A stretch of 64,000 nucleotides of DNA from Azolla caroliniana (taxonomy: Eukaryota; Plantae; Polypodiophyta). A program made the translations under genes and the position numbers. The notes under the pieces are model-generated. The model was not told the origin of the DNA and ran no database searches. It worked only from the letters and a program-made list of their open reading frames with translations. The stretch is taken from assembly GCA_043228905.1 (NCBI GenBank), contig JBHGNT010000013.1, positions 1,550,001-1,614,000 of the forward strand. Reading direction: 5' to 3'. Shown piece by piece: positions 12,549 through 25,655 of the stretch (within the stretch, counting starts at the first letter, position 1; every line of letters begins with the position of its first letter).

Positions 12549-15500
12549 TCGTGTCTATGACATTATCCTCCCTTTAAGGCCGTCTCCTGGGACTCGCGGC
12601 TGGCTTATGTGGGTATCGTTAATGAAAATCGTGAATGGCCTCCGGAGCATTTTGTAAATGTGCAACTGGTTCCCATGTGGCATCCGAAATGGGGTACCCT
12701 TTCCATAAGACCAAATATTGGAGCTATCGACGACGATATCGAGAGTAAAGTATTTGGTCAACCTCATATTCTTCGCCTGTCGACAATTCCACAAGTGGCG
12801 GTGGAGGAGGGTGTCGTCCTGGAATTCGAGAAGGATGGTAGACTTCGAGGAGGGAAACGTGAAAACCATTGTGAATCCTAAATGTTGGACGAAGTGCTAA
12901 CCAGAAGGCGACTAGGTTGATTTGCTCGATGATACGAAAGGGGCCTAGTCTTTTGAGGTCCAATTTTGCACAAGGACGTGTGGTGGTGATGTGACGACGT
13001 AACAGCCAAACCATGTCCCTGGTTGCAAATGTCGGTGCAGCTAAGCGATGTCGGTCCGCTTGATCTTTATAGTGGTCACCAGCAACACGAAGCTCCAAGG
13101 AGAGGTCACGATGGACATCGTGTAAAGCGCGGGCACGCATCTCTACCGAAGTTGCAGGTATGGAAATGTTGAAACGAGGGTGAAATCCATAGTTTGCAAA
13201 GAAGGGGGAAACCTTAGTTGAAGCATGGATACTATTATTGTAAGCAAATTCCACCATTGCAAGGAAGTCCACCCAATCCTCTTGTTGGTATCTCACGGTA
13301 CACCGAAGGTATTGTTCAAGGATTTGGTTGACTCGCTCCGTTTGTCCATCAGTTTGAGGATGGTATGTTGAGGACAAGTTGACAGAAGTCCCGAATGTTT
13401 GTAGAAGTCGTCGCCAAAAGTGGGAAACGAACTGAGAACCTCAATCAGAGGTGATATCCTCGGGTAAGCCATGTAATCAAACAACATTTTTAAGAAAAAG
13501 ATCAGGAGTCTCTTCCCCGGAAATGGTTTTGGAACATGGAACAAAGTGAGCCATCTTCGAAAACCGATCGACAATGACTAGCATCAAGTCATGTACACCA
13601 ACTAGAGGGAGGTCAGTGATAAAGTCAATGGATAGAGAGACCCATGGTCGACGTGGAATGGGGAGCGGGTGGAGAAGGCCATATGGTTGATGGTGAGGCA
13701 TTTTGGACCGAGCACATACATCACATGTCTTGATAAATTCCTTGACAAATTTCCAAGGTTGGGGCCACCAAAACCGTCGAGACAACAATTTCAGGGTTTT
13801 CGTAATCCCAAAGTGACCGGCAAGAGGATCATCATGACAATTCTATAGAACCCGTGTACGACATGATCCTTCGGGAACGTACAAGAGATGATTATGATAT
13901 AGTAACCCATCCCGATTTGTAAATTGGTTGAGATATGAGCTTTTCATGTCCGGAGATGGTTCATTAATGCGACCCATGATTTCTTTCGCAAATGGGTCTG
14001 ACATGGTTGTCGTGGCGATCTCATTGAGCAAAGAATCATCATGTAACATGTAGGTGGCGAACATCTGAAGTTGATTGGGCCACAACAAACAATGGGATTG
14101 TTGTGAATATGCATCATCTCCTAGGCGCAATGTAAAATCAGGTCGCCGAGAGAGGGCATTAGCTTTCCCATGTTGAACTCCAGGTTGAAACAAGATCTCA
14201 AAGTCGTAAAAGGCGAGAAAAGATGACCATCGGGCTTGCCTCTAATTCAATGTACGATTGGTGGTGAAGTAAATTAGATTTTTGTGGTCGGTCAACACAT
14301 GGATGCGATGTTGAGCCCCAACCAAATAGGGTCGCCATTCGGTGAAGGCAGATATGATTGTTGCCAACTCCTTGTCGTAGACTGGATAATTGATTTCCGG
14401 GGCGGTAAACTTTCGAGAGTAGAAGGCAACAGGACGTAGTGTGCCCTCGTCGTCTGGTTGGGATAAGACAACTCCAATGGCAAAGACGAAGGCATCGGTT
14501 TCGACTTGGAAGGGCCATGTGGGGTCGGGGTGAACCAACATTGGGGTTGTGAGAAAAGTTGCCTTAAGGGCATCAAAAGCACGTTGCGCCGCAGAGGTCC
14601 AAAGAAATGGAGTATCTTTTCTTGTAAGGATTATTAGAGGTTGTACTAAAGAAGAAAAACCATTGATAAATCATCGATAGAAATTTGCAAAACCAAGACA
14701 TCATTGTACCTCTTTCAACCGAGTAGGGACAGGCCAATCGGTATTGCCACTACCTTGCGTGCATCCATTGTGATCCCGGAGGGTGAAATCACGTAGCCGA
14801 GGAATTCGACAAAGGGCCGATCGAATTCACATTTCTCACTTTTGGCATAAAGTCCATGTTCTCGAAGTTTGGATAGGACCAATCGGACGTGTCGGGTGTG
14901 CTCCCCTATGTTGGAAGAAAAACTAAAATGTTGTCAAGGTAGACCACCACGAAGTGATCAGGATACTCCCGCAATAAATTGTTCATCATGTGTTGAAAGA
15001 CCGCAGGGGCATTGGTGAGACCAAAAGGCATCACCTTGTACTCAAAATGTCCATAGCGTGTTCGGAAGGCCGTTTTCCACTCGTCTCCTGGCTTGACACG
15101 CACCAGATTGTAGACTCCCTGAAGGTCAATTTTGGAGAAGATACGCCCGGTTCAAAGTCGGTCAAGAAGTGTTGGAATTAAATGCAAGGGGTAACGATTA
15201 CATACCGGAATTTTGTTGAGACCCCAATAATCCACACATAGGCATAATGAGCCATCATTCTTCTTGACAAATAAGATTGGGGCTCCAGCTGGTGATTTGG
15301 AGGGTTGAATGAAGCCCTTGGCGAGGTTTTCATCCAGATATGTGCAAAGGGCCTCAAGTTTGGGTTCAGATAGCCCTTAGATGAGCCCAAATGGTGGGTG
15401 TGCGCCATCTTGGAGTTCGATTGGGCAATCATAGGGGCAATGTGCCGACAACCGATCTGCATTTCGCTTTTCAAACACATCCAAAAAATCGTTATATCTT

Positions 15501-16557
15501 GCGGGCAAATTGGTGATGGGAGTAGGGACGTCCTGTGACACAACGGGCACGGAAGTGACCACGCTAGAATCGGCCACAATGGAATCGGCAACGTCGGAGA
15601 CTGAGTTGAAATCAGAAGAATGTGCACCCAAGCTGAAAGTAGCCCCCACACAAGTAAAAATGTTTGTGGAAAGGGCCCGCGCTGGTGTTTGTGGAAAAGT
15701 GATGGAGCAGCTACACCAATCCACCATTGTATTGTGTGTTTCCAACCAGGAGAACCCTAAAACAATCGGATGACGAGGGGTTGCAATGAGGTAGAATGTT
15801 AATACCTCCTCCTGGTGGAACCTAACTTGAAATACCAATGGGACAGTGGCTTCAGTAATCGCCCCTGAAGAGAGATCCTGTCCGTCGATAACTTCAACGG
15901 ATATGGGTTGTGTTGTGCAGACGGTTGGGATTTTATGTGCTCAGATGAACGCAATATCGATGAAACAAGTAGATGCACCAGAATCGAGCAAGGCATGGGA
16001 TTTTATTGAAATAGACCCAAAACAAAGACTTACTTGCAAAGTAAAACCTCATGCTGGCGTGACTGAATTGTAGGAGCACGAAGAACTAGGGTGACGGAAA
16101 GTGTCCAGCGGTATGGCTCCTACTGCAGACGGACTTGCTCGTTTTCCTATTGTCCAGAAACCTCCGCAAGACATGCACGGTCATTTTCTTGTTGTCGAGA
16201 AACCTCTGCAAGACGTGCACGGTGGGATTGATGATGAGGGCTTCGCATCGGGCACTGGTGGATGACATGATCAGGGGTACCACAATAGAGTCAAAGGCCA
16301 TTGTCACGTCGATGTTGCCGTTGAGCATCTGTTAATGCTTCCGTAACTGGTGTTGCTCACCTTGACTGTAATCAAGGTGCACCGAAGTATTTATACAAAA
16401 ATGTGGTGGTATGCATTTAAGCTAGGAAACATCTAGAGAATGCATGGAAACTTCTAGAGAGTGCATGTCTATGCATTCTCTAGAAGTTTCTTGAAAGTTC
16501 TAGTGATTAACTTACAATATAATAAGTTGAAACTTATACGATATAATAATGCATAGA

Positions 16558-16628
16558 TGGAATGTAGCTCAATTAGTAAGGTTTCTCAATAAGACCAAGA
16601 GGTCATGGGTTCAACCCCCTGCATTCCA
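16558..16628 (+). promoter_or_regulatory. Second copy of the tRNA-like cassette, in the 5' LTR
   Basis: TGGAATG TAGCTCAATTAGTAA..GGTCATGGGTTCAACCCCCTG CATTCCA. Confidence 0.55.
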
Positions 16629-16642
16629 TCGTGTCTATGACA

Positions 16643-17684
16643 GGTAACTTCTTTAATCAGACTAAGAGCATCCGCAACAGTGTTCATAGAACCCTTGCGA
16701 TACCGTATGGAAAAATCAAAATCTTGCATAAGGTCGGCCCAACGGCCTTTACGACCAACAAGATCTGGCTAGTCACAGAAATAATTCAATGATTGATGGT
16801 CTGTTGTAACCACAAATTTATTTCCATAGAGATAGTGCCTCCATGTTTTAAGTGCATGTATTACCGCAAACAACTCTTTCTCTTGAACTAAATAACGAGA
16901 TTGAGCAGCATCAAGCTTCTTACTTTCAAAAGCAATAGGGTCACCGCCTTGATAAAGAATGGCACCAATAGCATAATCACTGGCATCGATTTCGATTGAG
17001 AAAGGCTTAGAAGGGCCCGGTAATAGAAGAGTGGGAGCCACACACACATGCTCTTTGAGTGTCTCAAATGATTTGTCAAGTTGTTCATTCCATGCAATTG
17101 GTTTGACAGACTTACGTGGATGACCTTTTAAAAGGTCAGTTAATGGCGTAGTCAATTTGGAATAGTTACGAATTGATTTTCATAAAAATCCAACAAACCT
17201 TAAGAATGATCGCAGTTCACGAATATTACGAGGAATGGGTCAAAGTTTAACCTTTTCAATATGAGAAGGTTCAATTTCAACACCATTTTCCGTAATTAAA
17301 TGACCTAGGTACACAATAGATTTTTGGAAAAAATCACATTTAGAAAGAGTTGTCACGCAACTTTTGCAAAACAAATCGAATATGTTGAACATGATCTTGC
17401 AAGGTACAGCTATATATCAAAATATCATCCAAGAAAACGACAACAAAATCACCGAGTTGATCTCGGAAAACGTCATTCATCACTTGTTGGAATGTGGCTG
17501 GAGCATTAGTCAACCCAAAAGGCATGACTAAAAACTCATAATGGCCATAGCGCGTACGAAAAGCGGTTTTAGGAATATCATCCTCGGCAATGCGAATCTA
17601 ATGATAACCTGTCCGTAAGTCAATTTTCGTAAAATATCGGGCCCCATGCAAATGATCAATCAAATCATCGACACGAGGTAACGG
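16643..17684 (-). mobile_element. Host Ty3/gypsy RT-RNase H region (continuation of 1612-2843), disrupted
   Basis: [58 protein letters not shown]. Confidence 0.9.
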
Positions 17685-20600
17685 TGTTGTGGAGAAAACC
17701 AGCCATAGGAGGAAACGGGGAGAAAAGACGCAGGAACCGACCCTTACGCGTGGCCGCACTATTTATTAAGTTGTACATAACTAGGCCTGTTTCAACCGAT
17801 ATAAATATACTTGGTAGTACAAATTCATTAGGTAGGGAATCGAAGAGGATCTCGGTCCGCTAGGACAGGGAATAAAAGTGATGTAACAGTCTGTAACGGT
17901 TCTCTCTCCTTGTGCTATAAAAGGAGAGGAAAAGGGGCTGAGGGGGGATCACATTTTTGGGAGGACGAAGTGTTGTCGGACTGGGAACCGAGCTCTCTCC
18001 TCCGCCATCGTTGTTGCTTCTATAGGGATTTGGGGTTAAGTTGGCTACCTCTACTGCGTGAAAGCCCGTGTGCTTCTGGTAGTGGCTCCATTGCGAATTT
18101 CAGTGTGTGTGTTCGTCCGTGTTGAGTTTGTCGCCTTGCCGGTTGTAACATTGCGAGCTCTATAATCTATATTGTTATTGGATTCTATTCTTTCATTTTC
18201 TGTCTCTCTGTGTTTCTACGAGCCTCTCTCTCTCTCTCTCTCATGTTCCTCGATTCAGGGCCCCCACGGTCCTGCCTTATTTCCTATGCGTGAGCGTAAC
18301 AACACGACATTAATTTGGTGAACCCAACGTGAATTAAGGTGGCAGAGGAATAAAAAATTAGGGGATCAAAGCTCGCCGAAGCCATGGTGGCAACAGTCGA
18401 TCGGATAGTAAGTGCTTGTGAGGGCACGGGCGCCCTCGACAGGGCCATCGAAGCAATCGTCAGCACAATAGGTCGGTTCGATGGGAACGATGCCACGAGT
18501 TATTTGGTGGCCTACCAAGCAGAGATGGTGATGAGGGTCAACCCAGAAGAAATGCGTATGGTTGGGTTCACTCGAGTAGCGACACAAGGCATCCACGTAG
18601 AGGTGCTCGTGGTGCAGACTGGATGCCGGACCTGGGGGGGATTTGAAGCGCGGCTCCTCAAGCGATACAGGTTTGATGACACGCTTCGGTTATCGAAGTG
18701 GGACTTTATGGATTTGGTAGAGACCTCAGCATAGACCGGCGTGGTCAAGGGACCATCTGGAGGAGTGGTTCTTGAGGAGGTGACACAAATGGTACGCGAC
18801 TTGCAAATCGCGCAGGCCCAAAGAGATGGTGGAGGGCAGGCCCAAAGAGACGATCCGGTTGAGGAGAAGACTGATTTCGTGGAAGCCGCGTGCCAGAACT
18901 ACGAGGTTCTAATAGAAGACAAGCATGCGAGAAAGGCCGGAGGTGCCGATCCCTCACAACAGTACGAGACCCGGTTCGGGCAGAAGCAAAACGATGCTGG
19001 CAACCCCGGCGCACCAGACAAAGTGAAGTGGGTCAGTTACCAGTTGAGCACGGAGATCGAGAGGTCGACAAACCTATGGAAGGTCATCGAAGAGTGGATC
19101 CTCGACAGCAAGGTGGAGCTATCATTGAGGGAGGTGCTCAGAATCGCCAAGAAGGAGTTCCATGATTCCATCGTAGACTTGGTGAAGATTAAACGGCTCG
19201 ACGAAGCTGGAACCGTAGAAGCCGGTGGAGGTGCGAACGGCGCGCCTGGAAGACATGGCCCTAGAAGACAAGTTGGCGAAAAGCCACTATACGAGGTCAC
19301 ATTGGGCCAGAGCCACTACGAAGACCCCTGTTCGGATCAGGGACGTCCAGGAGCCAATGGTGGCATTGATAGACCACGGCTCGGAGATCAACCTGATGTC
19401 CATGGACTTCTATAAGAAGGGGAAGTGGCCGATCAACACTAAGCACGGCTGGAAAATACGTGCTGCGACACGCGCTACGGAGGAGCTGCACGGAGCGTGC
19501 CCGAACGTGCGCATCAAGATTGGCGACGTCGAGATCGATCAACACTTTTTCGTGCAAGAGACATCCTCGCAACCAGTGATACTCGGCGAGCCATACATTA
19601 CGGCGGCACGTACGGAGACAAGGGTGCTGGATAACGGTTCGGCGTACGCGCGCGTAAAGAACCAAGATGGATGACACTCCGTCCAATTCCTGACCGTGCG
19701 GCCGAACCATGAGTGGAACCGGGAAACCCTCGGCAGCGGAGAACAAGGGGACTTTTAGAGAGGGCTATCAAGGCGTGGGGCCGCGATAGTTCGGACAACC
19801 CAGAGGATCCCCACACCTATACCATAGGTCGGGAGTTTTGGTTCTCCGATAGCGGAGGTTGTACGATAGCCGGCATCATTGGCCAGGAGAAGAAGCGGGC
19901 AGAGGAACGACTCAAGATACGTGGAGTCCTCACCCCCGATGAGGAAATTAGCGGTGTTGTGGAGGCGGTCTCTTTTGACAACACCCTCGGGGAAATTGGG
20001 AAGGTGATCGAAGAAGGCCTCAATGAAGACCGGATGATCCCGGTTAACTCGGTGGAAATGTACGAAGTCATTACTGACTTCGGGGAAAGGGTCAAGTCGG
20101 ATCGGACGGCCTACGTGCATACGAGGTACAAGACTGTGGACCGGAAGGTGAGGCCAGTCATGACACCCTTGCTGGAGGGCAGCAGGTTACGGATGAAAGG
20201 GGTCGCATCGGACCCAAGTCTACGGAATCCGGCCGGCATAGGACACCGGTTCACCAACATAACGCTACGTGAGCTCAAGGTTGGTGGGGGTGGCTTTCTA
20301 CTACTGGTGGAGGAGGACCGATTTCGGAGGATGCTCGAAAGGCACGGGAAGGCCTTCACATTCTCACCGGGGGAGATCGGGTGCGTGGACCCAACGATTG
20401 TGGAACCAATGGTGATCTTCACGGTACCGCATGTACCGTGGAATCTCAAGCCGATTCCGATACCCAAAGCTCATATCCCGAAGTTGATGGAGTTGGTGAA
20501 CCAGAAGGTGGAGATGGGCATTCTCGAGCTGTCGAGTGCCCCGTATTCGACCCAGTGGTTTATTGTGCCAAAGAAGGACAACACGATGCGCTTCATTCAA

Positions 20601-20954
20601 GACTTGCAACCGATCAATAAAGTGACCATTCGAAATGCAGGTATCGGGCCGACCATTGACGAGTTTGCGGAGGCCTTCGCCGGAAGGTCGATCTATTTGG
20701 TCGGGGATCTATACTCGGGGTACGACCAGTTCCAACTAGTCGTGGAGAGCAAGGATATTACGACGATGCAAACCCCTCTCGGCCTAGTGCGGATGTGCAC
20801 CTTGCCTCAAGGAGGGACCACCTTGGTGGCGCACATGGTGAACGCTATGAACAAAGTGCTAAGAGATGTTGGGATTACGGTCCCTCCGGATGGGATGGTC
20901 AGATGTCCGGGAATCGGGAATGAAGACCCGAACGAGGAGTACCCAGTATCGGAG

Positions 20955-21062
20955 CCGGATGATGAAGACCCGGTTCCGGAGCCGGATGATGAAGACCCGG
21001 TTCCGGAGCCGGATGATGAAGACCCGGTTCCGGATCCGGATGATGAAGACCCCGGCTACGGA
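20955..21062 (+). repeat. 27-bp tandem repeat (CCGGATGATGAAGACCCGGTTCCGGAG) in the copia LTR U3; also present in both segments of the 3' LTR
   Basis: Four units in the 5' LTR; four and three units in the two 3' LTR segments. Confidence 0.9.
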
Positions 21063-21255
21063 GCCGGATGATGGATGTACCCGGAGAGAGATCCGGATGC
21101 GGGGACATATTTGTGAATATGTTTGCCAAGGGCCATCTAGGCTATATTTGTAAATAGCCCGAAAGTCATATGTGTATAAATATGACTTAGGGCAAACAAT
21201 TTAGTGGTGGTTACTCATTTTTCTGGTTTTCCACTTAGAGGGAGCTAAGTGAGCA

Positions 21256-21286
<31 letters not shown>

Positions 21287-21581
21287 CGAAGAGGTCGTTG
21301 CCTCTGTGTATTACCGCCGCCTGTGGCGAAGGCAGTGAGCTCAAGGTTGTTGCCTTGTAGCTTCACCATTGTACATCTCTGTTTATAGTGATAGTTGGAG
21401 TTTGAGGACTCCCGTGGTTTTTCCCATTTAGGGTTTTCCACGTAAAACATCCTGTGTACTCTTCTCTCTATTGTCTTCGTGCATTTTGTATTTCCTGTTT
21501 TCTGTGAGTTGATCCTATTCCTCGGTGGTGGCCGAGCACTGTGTTCAACAAAGTGGTATCAGAGCGACGGTAACACAGAAA

Positions 21582-24500
21582 ATGGAAGGCGGCAGTAGTG
21601 GGCCTCCGGGCATGATGGTGTTGAACTCACAGAACTACGCCGACTGGAAGATAAAGATGGAAGACCTTCTCATCGTCCGAGACCTGTATGAACCGATCGA
21701 CAATGCCGAGATACCCAAGGGGGTAATAGAGTCGGAGTGGAAGCTCCTGAACCGGAAAGCCGTAGCGACGATCCGGCAATATGTTGATGTAAGTGTTCTG
21801 CAACATGTGGCGAACGATACGAACGCCTATGAGATGTGGCAGAAGCTGTCCGGACTGTATGAGAGGAAGAATGCTCTGACCCGGACCTCCCTGATGAGGA
21901 AGATAGTGAATCTTAAGTACCGGGACGGCGAGAGCATGGTCGAACACGTCAGCACGTTCATGGGATTCGTGAACCAGCTTGCGGCGATCAAGTTCCCGTT
22001 GGATGACGCAATGCAAGCCATCATGCTGATGTGTACCCTTCCGGAGAGCTGGGAGAACTTGGTAGTTACTCTCAGCACCTCCTGTAAGGAAGAGAACTTG
22101 TCTTTACTAACGGTAAAGACAAGTATTCTAAATGAAGAAGCACGTCGGAGAGACAAAGAACCGGCCTCCGACTCGAAGGCGCTGCTTACCGAATCGGAAC
22201 GGGGAAGACAACGGAACCGGAGTCCGCAAAGACGGGAGAAGTCGGGGACACGGTCGCAGTCGAGGGGAAGACCTACATGCTTCTACTGTGGGAAGCCGGG
22301 GCACTTCCAGAAGAACTGTCGGCATTTCCGGAAAGACAACGGAACCGACGGTACCGATTCGAAGAAGTCACCGGAGCGAAACGGTGCATACCGGGGAGCC
22401 ACGGACCGGAGAGGTCCGGATCGGCGAGGGCAGGACCGGAAAGGAACGACGGCACTCGCGGCAAGTGAAGAAGAGATAATGCTCATTACCGAAGAAAGGG
22501 AGCTGAACCTTGCCGGTGAAGAGATGACCTGGGTGGTCGATTCCGGAGCGTCGTTTCACCTGACCCCGGAGAAGAAATACTTCTCATCCTACACAGCCGG
22601 TGAGCACGGCTGTGTCCGGATGGGAAATGAAGGTACGTGCCGGATTGCCGGCATAGGAGACGTGTGGTTGACAACCTCGACCGGATGCAAAATGTTGCTG
22701 AAGGATGTCCGACACGTTCCGGAGGTTCGATTGAACCTGATTTCGGCCGGGAGGCTAGACGATGAAGGCTACACAGGTAGCATCCGGAACGGCGTAATGA
22801 AGTTCAGCAAGGGGAGCCTGATAGTGGCTCGGGCCCGGAAAGTCAACACATTGTACCTTATGAGTGCCTGGTTGTGTCCGGAGGAGTTGAACGTGGCAGC
22901 CGACACTGCCGGTGAGCTGTGGCACAAGAGACTGTGCCACATGAGTGAGAAGGGGATGAAGAGGCTTGCAGAAGACAACCTTATTCCAGTGAAGCATGTG
23001 CACCTGGAGAAGTGCACCGATTGCCTGGCCGGTAAGCAGAACCGAACCTCCTTCCACTCAAGGCCACCGACGAGACGTAGCGCACCATTGGAGTTGGTGC
23101 ACACTGACGTGTGTCAAGTAGAAACGAAGTCACATGGCGGAGCCCAGTACTTCGTGACATTCATTGATGACCACAGCCGGAAGCTGTGGACGGCACCGTT
23201 GAAGACAAAGGACCAAGTGTTGTGCGTCTTCAAAGAACTCCACGCGAGAGTGGAAAGGGAATCCGGCAAGAAGCTGAAAGCGATACGAGCGGATAACGGA
23301 GGGGAATACCGGGGGCAGTTCAAGGAGTACTGTCGCTCGAAGGGAATCCGGCTCGAGTTTACTGTGCCGAAGACGCCGGAACTGAACGGGCTGGCCGAGA
23401 GGATGAACCGGACCATAATGGAGAGGGTCCGGAGTATGCTGGCGCATGCGAAATTACCCAAGGGGTTTTGGGCTGAGGCAATGTCAACGGCGACATACGT
23501 GATAAACAGATCACCCTCAGTACCTTTGGACGGAGACACGCCGCAGAGAGTGTGGACCGGTAGGGAAGTATCCTACCGGCATCTGAAGGTGTTCGGGTGT
23601 CTCGCATATGTGCATGTGGCAAAGGACCGGAGAGGAAAGCTAGATCCAAAGACCCGGCCATGCATATTCCTCGGTTACGGCGATGATGAGTTCGGCTACC
23701 GAGTATGGGACCCGGTCGACAAAAAGATATTCCGGAGTCGTGATATCATCTTCATGGAGGACAAGACACTCGCCGACTGGGAGTCGGAGAAGAAGATGAA
23801 GAGCTCCAAGTCGACCGGTGAGGATCAACTCTATGAGGAGCAGTCCCGACCGGCAAGGGACCGGTTAGCACTCGAGGATCCGGTCGAAGACGGTGAAGAA
23901 ACAGAACCGGCCGAGGAAGATGAAACTGATACCGGAACCGGCCCCGATCCCGAAATGGATTCGGATGAAGAGGAAACGGAGGAGCCGGTTACCGAAGCTC
24001 CGGAACGGAGATATCCTCTAAGAGAGAGAAGGGCCCCCCGGAGATTTCCGGAACCAGAGCACGTGCTGCTAACCGACGAGGGGGAGCCGGAGAGTTTTGA
24101 AGAAGCAAAGCTTGACACCCATAGCCGCAGGTGGTTAAGTGCCATGCAGGAGGAGATGGATTCCCTGCATGAGAACCACACATATGAACTTGTGGAGTTG
24201 CCGAAAGGAAAGCGGGCACTTCGAAACAAGTGGGTGTTCAAGCTGAAACCGGGAGATGCCGGAAACCCCCCGAGATACAAAGCCAGGATCGTGGTGAAGG
24301 GGTTCCAGCAGAAGAAGGGCGTCGACTTCGACGAGATATTTGCCCCGGTAGTGAAGATGACCTCCATCCGGACGGTGCTCAGCATAGCGGCAAGCATGGA
24401 CCTCGAGGTAGAACAGATGGACGTGAAGACGGCATTCCTTCACAGTGACCTCGAAGAAGAGATCTACATGCAGCAACCGGAAGGATTCGAGAAGAAAGGG

Positions 24501-25655
24501 AAGGAGCACCTGGTATGCCGGTTGAAGAAGAGCCTTTACGGACTGAAGCAGGCTCCCCGGCAATGGTACCGGAAGTTCGACTCTTTCATGACCGACGAAG
24601 GGTACCACAAAACGCAGTCGGATCACTGCGTGTTTGTGAAGAAGTTCGAAGGAGGAGACTTTCTAATACTCCTCCTGTACGTGGACGACATGTTGATCGT
24701 CGGACGGGACCAGGGCAAGATACGGATGCTGAAGAAAGCGCTTCACCGAACCTTCTCAATGAAGGACCTGGGTCCGGCGAGGCAAATACTAGGGATGCAC
24801 ATCATCCGGGACCGGAAGAAGAAGCAGTTGTGGCTGTCACAGGAGAAGTACGTGACAAAGGTGCTTCACCGGTTCAACATGTCGGAAGCAAGACCGGTCG
24901 GGTCAACCCTCCCGGCAAACTGCAAACTGTCCAGCAAGCAAAGCCCCAAGACAAAGGCTGAGAAGGAGGACATGATGAAAGTACCATATGCCTCTGCCGT
25001 CGGAAGCTTGATGTACGCAATGGTGTGTACAAGACCGGACATAGGATATGCAGTCGGAGTGGTGAGCCGGTACATGAGCAATCCCGGCAAAGAGCACTGG
25101 AACGCGACCAAGTGGATACTCTGATACCTGAAGGGCACGGCAAATGTGTGCCTCCGATTCGGCTCCGGTAAGCCCGAACTCGACGGCTTTATTGATTCGG
25201 ATATGTCGGCTGATGCAGATACCAGCCGGTCCACATCAGGGTATGTGATGACGTATGCAGGGGGAGCTGTTTCGTGGCAGTCGAGGCTGCAGAAGACGGT
25301 TGCGTTGTCAACCACGGAGGCGGAGTACATGGCGGCTGTTGAAGCCGGCAAGGAAATAATATGGATGAAGGACTTCATTAGAGAGCTCGGTATCCGGCAG
25401 GAGGAGTACCGACTCCACTGCGACAGTCAGAGTGCCATCCACCTTGCGAAGAACGCGGCCTATCACTCCCGGACAAAGCACATCCAGCGAAGATATCACT
25501 GGATCCGGGAAAGGATAGAAGACCAGGAGTTCGTGCTAACGAAGATCCACACGGACGAGAACAGGTCAGATATGCTGACCAAAGTGCTCACACCCGACAA
25601 GCTGGAAGCGTGCCGGAAGAGGGTCGGACTGGAAAGACATCCCATGCCGAAGTGA
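21582..25655 (+). pseudogene. Copia gag-pol polyprotein, intact except for one in-frame TGA at 25122-25124
   Basis: Gag CCHC, VDSGAS, integrase, RT YVDDM; RNase H (STTEAEY, CDSQSA, TKHI) continues in the same frame after the TGA, likely a CGA>TGA change. Confidence 0.95.

Larger units (their letters stand above)
2844..16642 (-). mobile_element. Tcn1-like chromodomain Ty3/gypsy element, degenerate, with its 3' LTR split by the LINE
   Basis: Both LTRs start TGTCATAGACACGATGG on the minus strand (16642 and 12561). A PPT (AAAGGGAGGATAA) precedes 12561. The 3' LTR ends ..CATGACA at 2844. Flanks GTTAC and GGTAA fit a degenerate 5-bp TSD. Fragmented protease, RT ([13 protein letters not shown]), RNase H (INYPVYDKEL, TDHKNL), integrase and chromodomain (EEYEVDQIL..) lie at 12562-16330. 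The clade call comes from motif resemblance only. Confidence 0.85.

Noticed and set aside
20867-21071. Acidic (EPDDEDPVP)n C-terminal domain on the gypsy RT ORF 19713-21071
   Set aside because: It is read-through into the 27-bp repeats of the inserted copia LTR.
25122-25124. Programmed readthrough in copia pol (also the TAA at 7999-8001)
   Set aside because: Both stops sit within RT or the RT-RNase H junction at positions best explained by C>T deamination (CGA>TGA, CAA>TAA), with no supporting structure.
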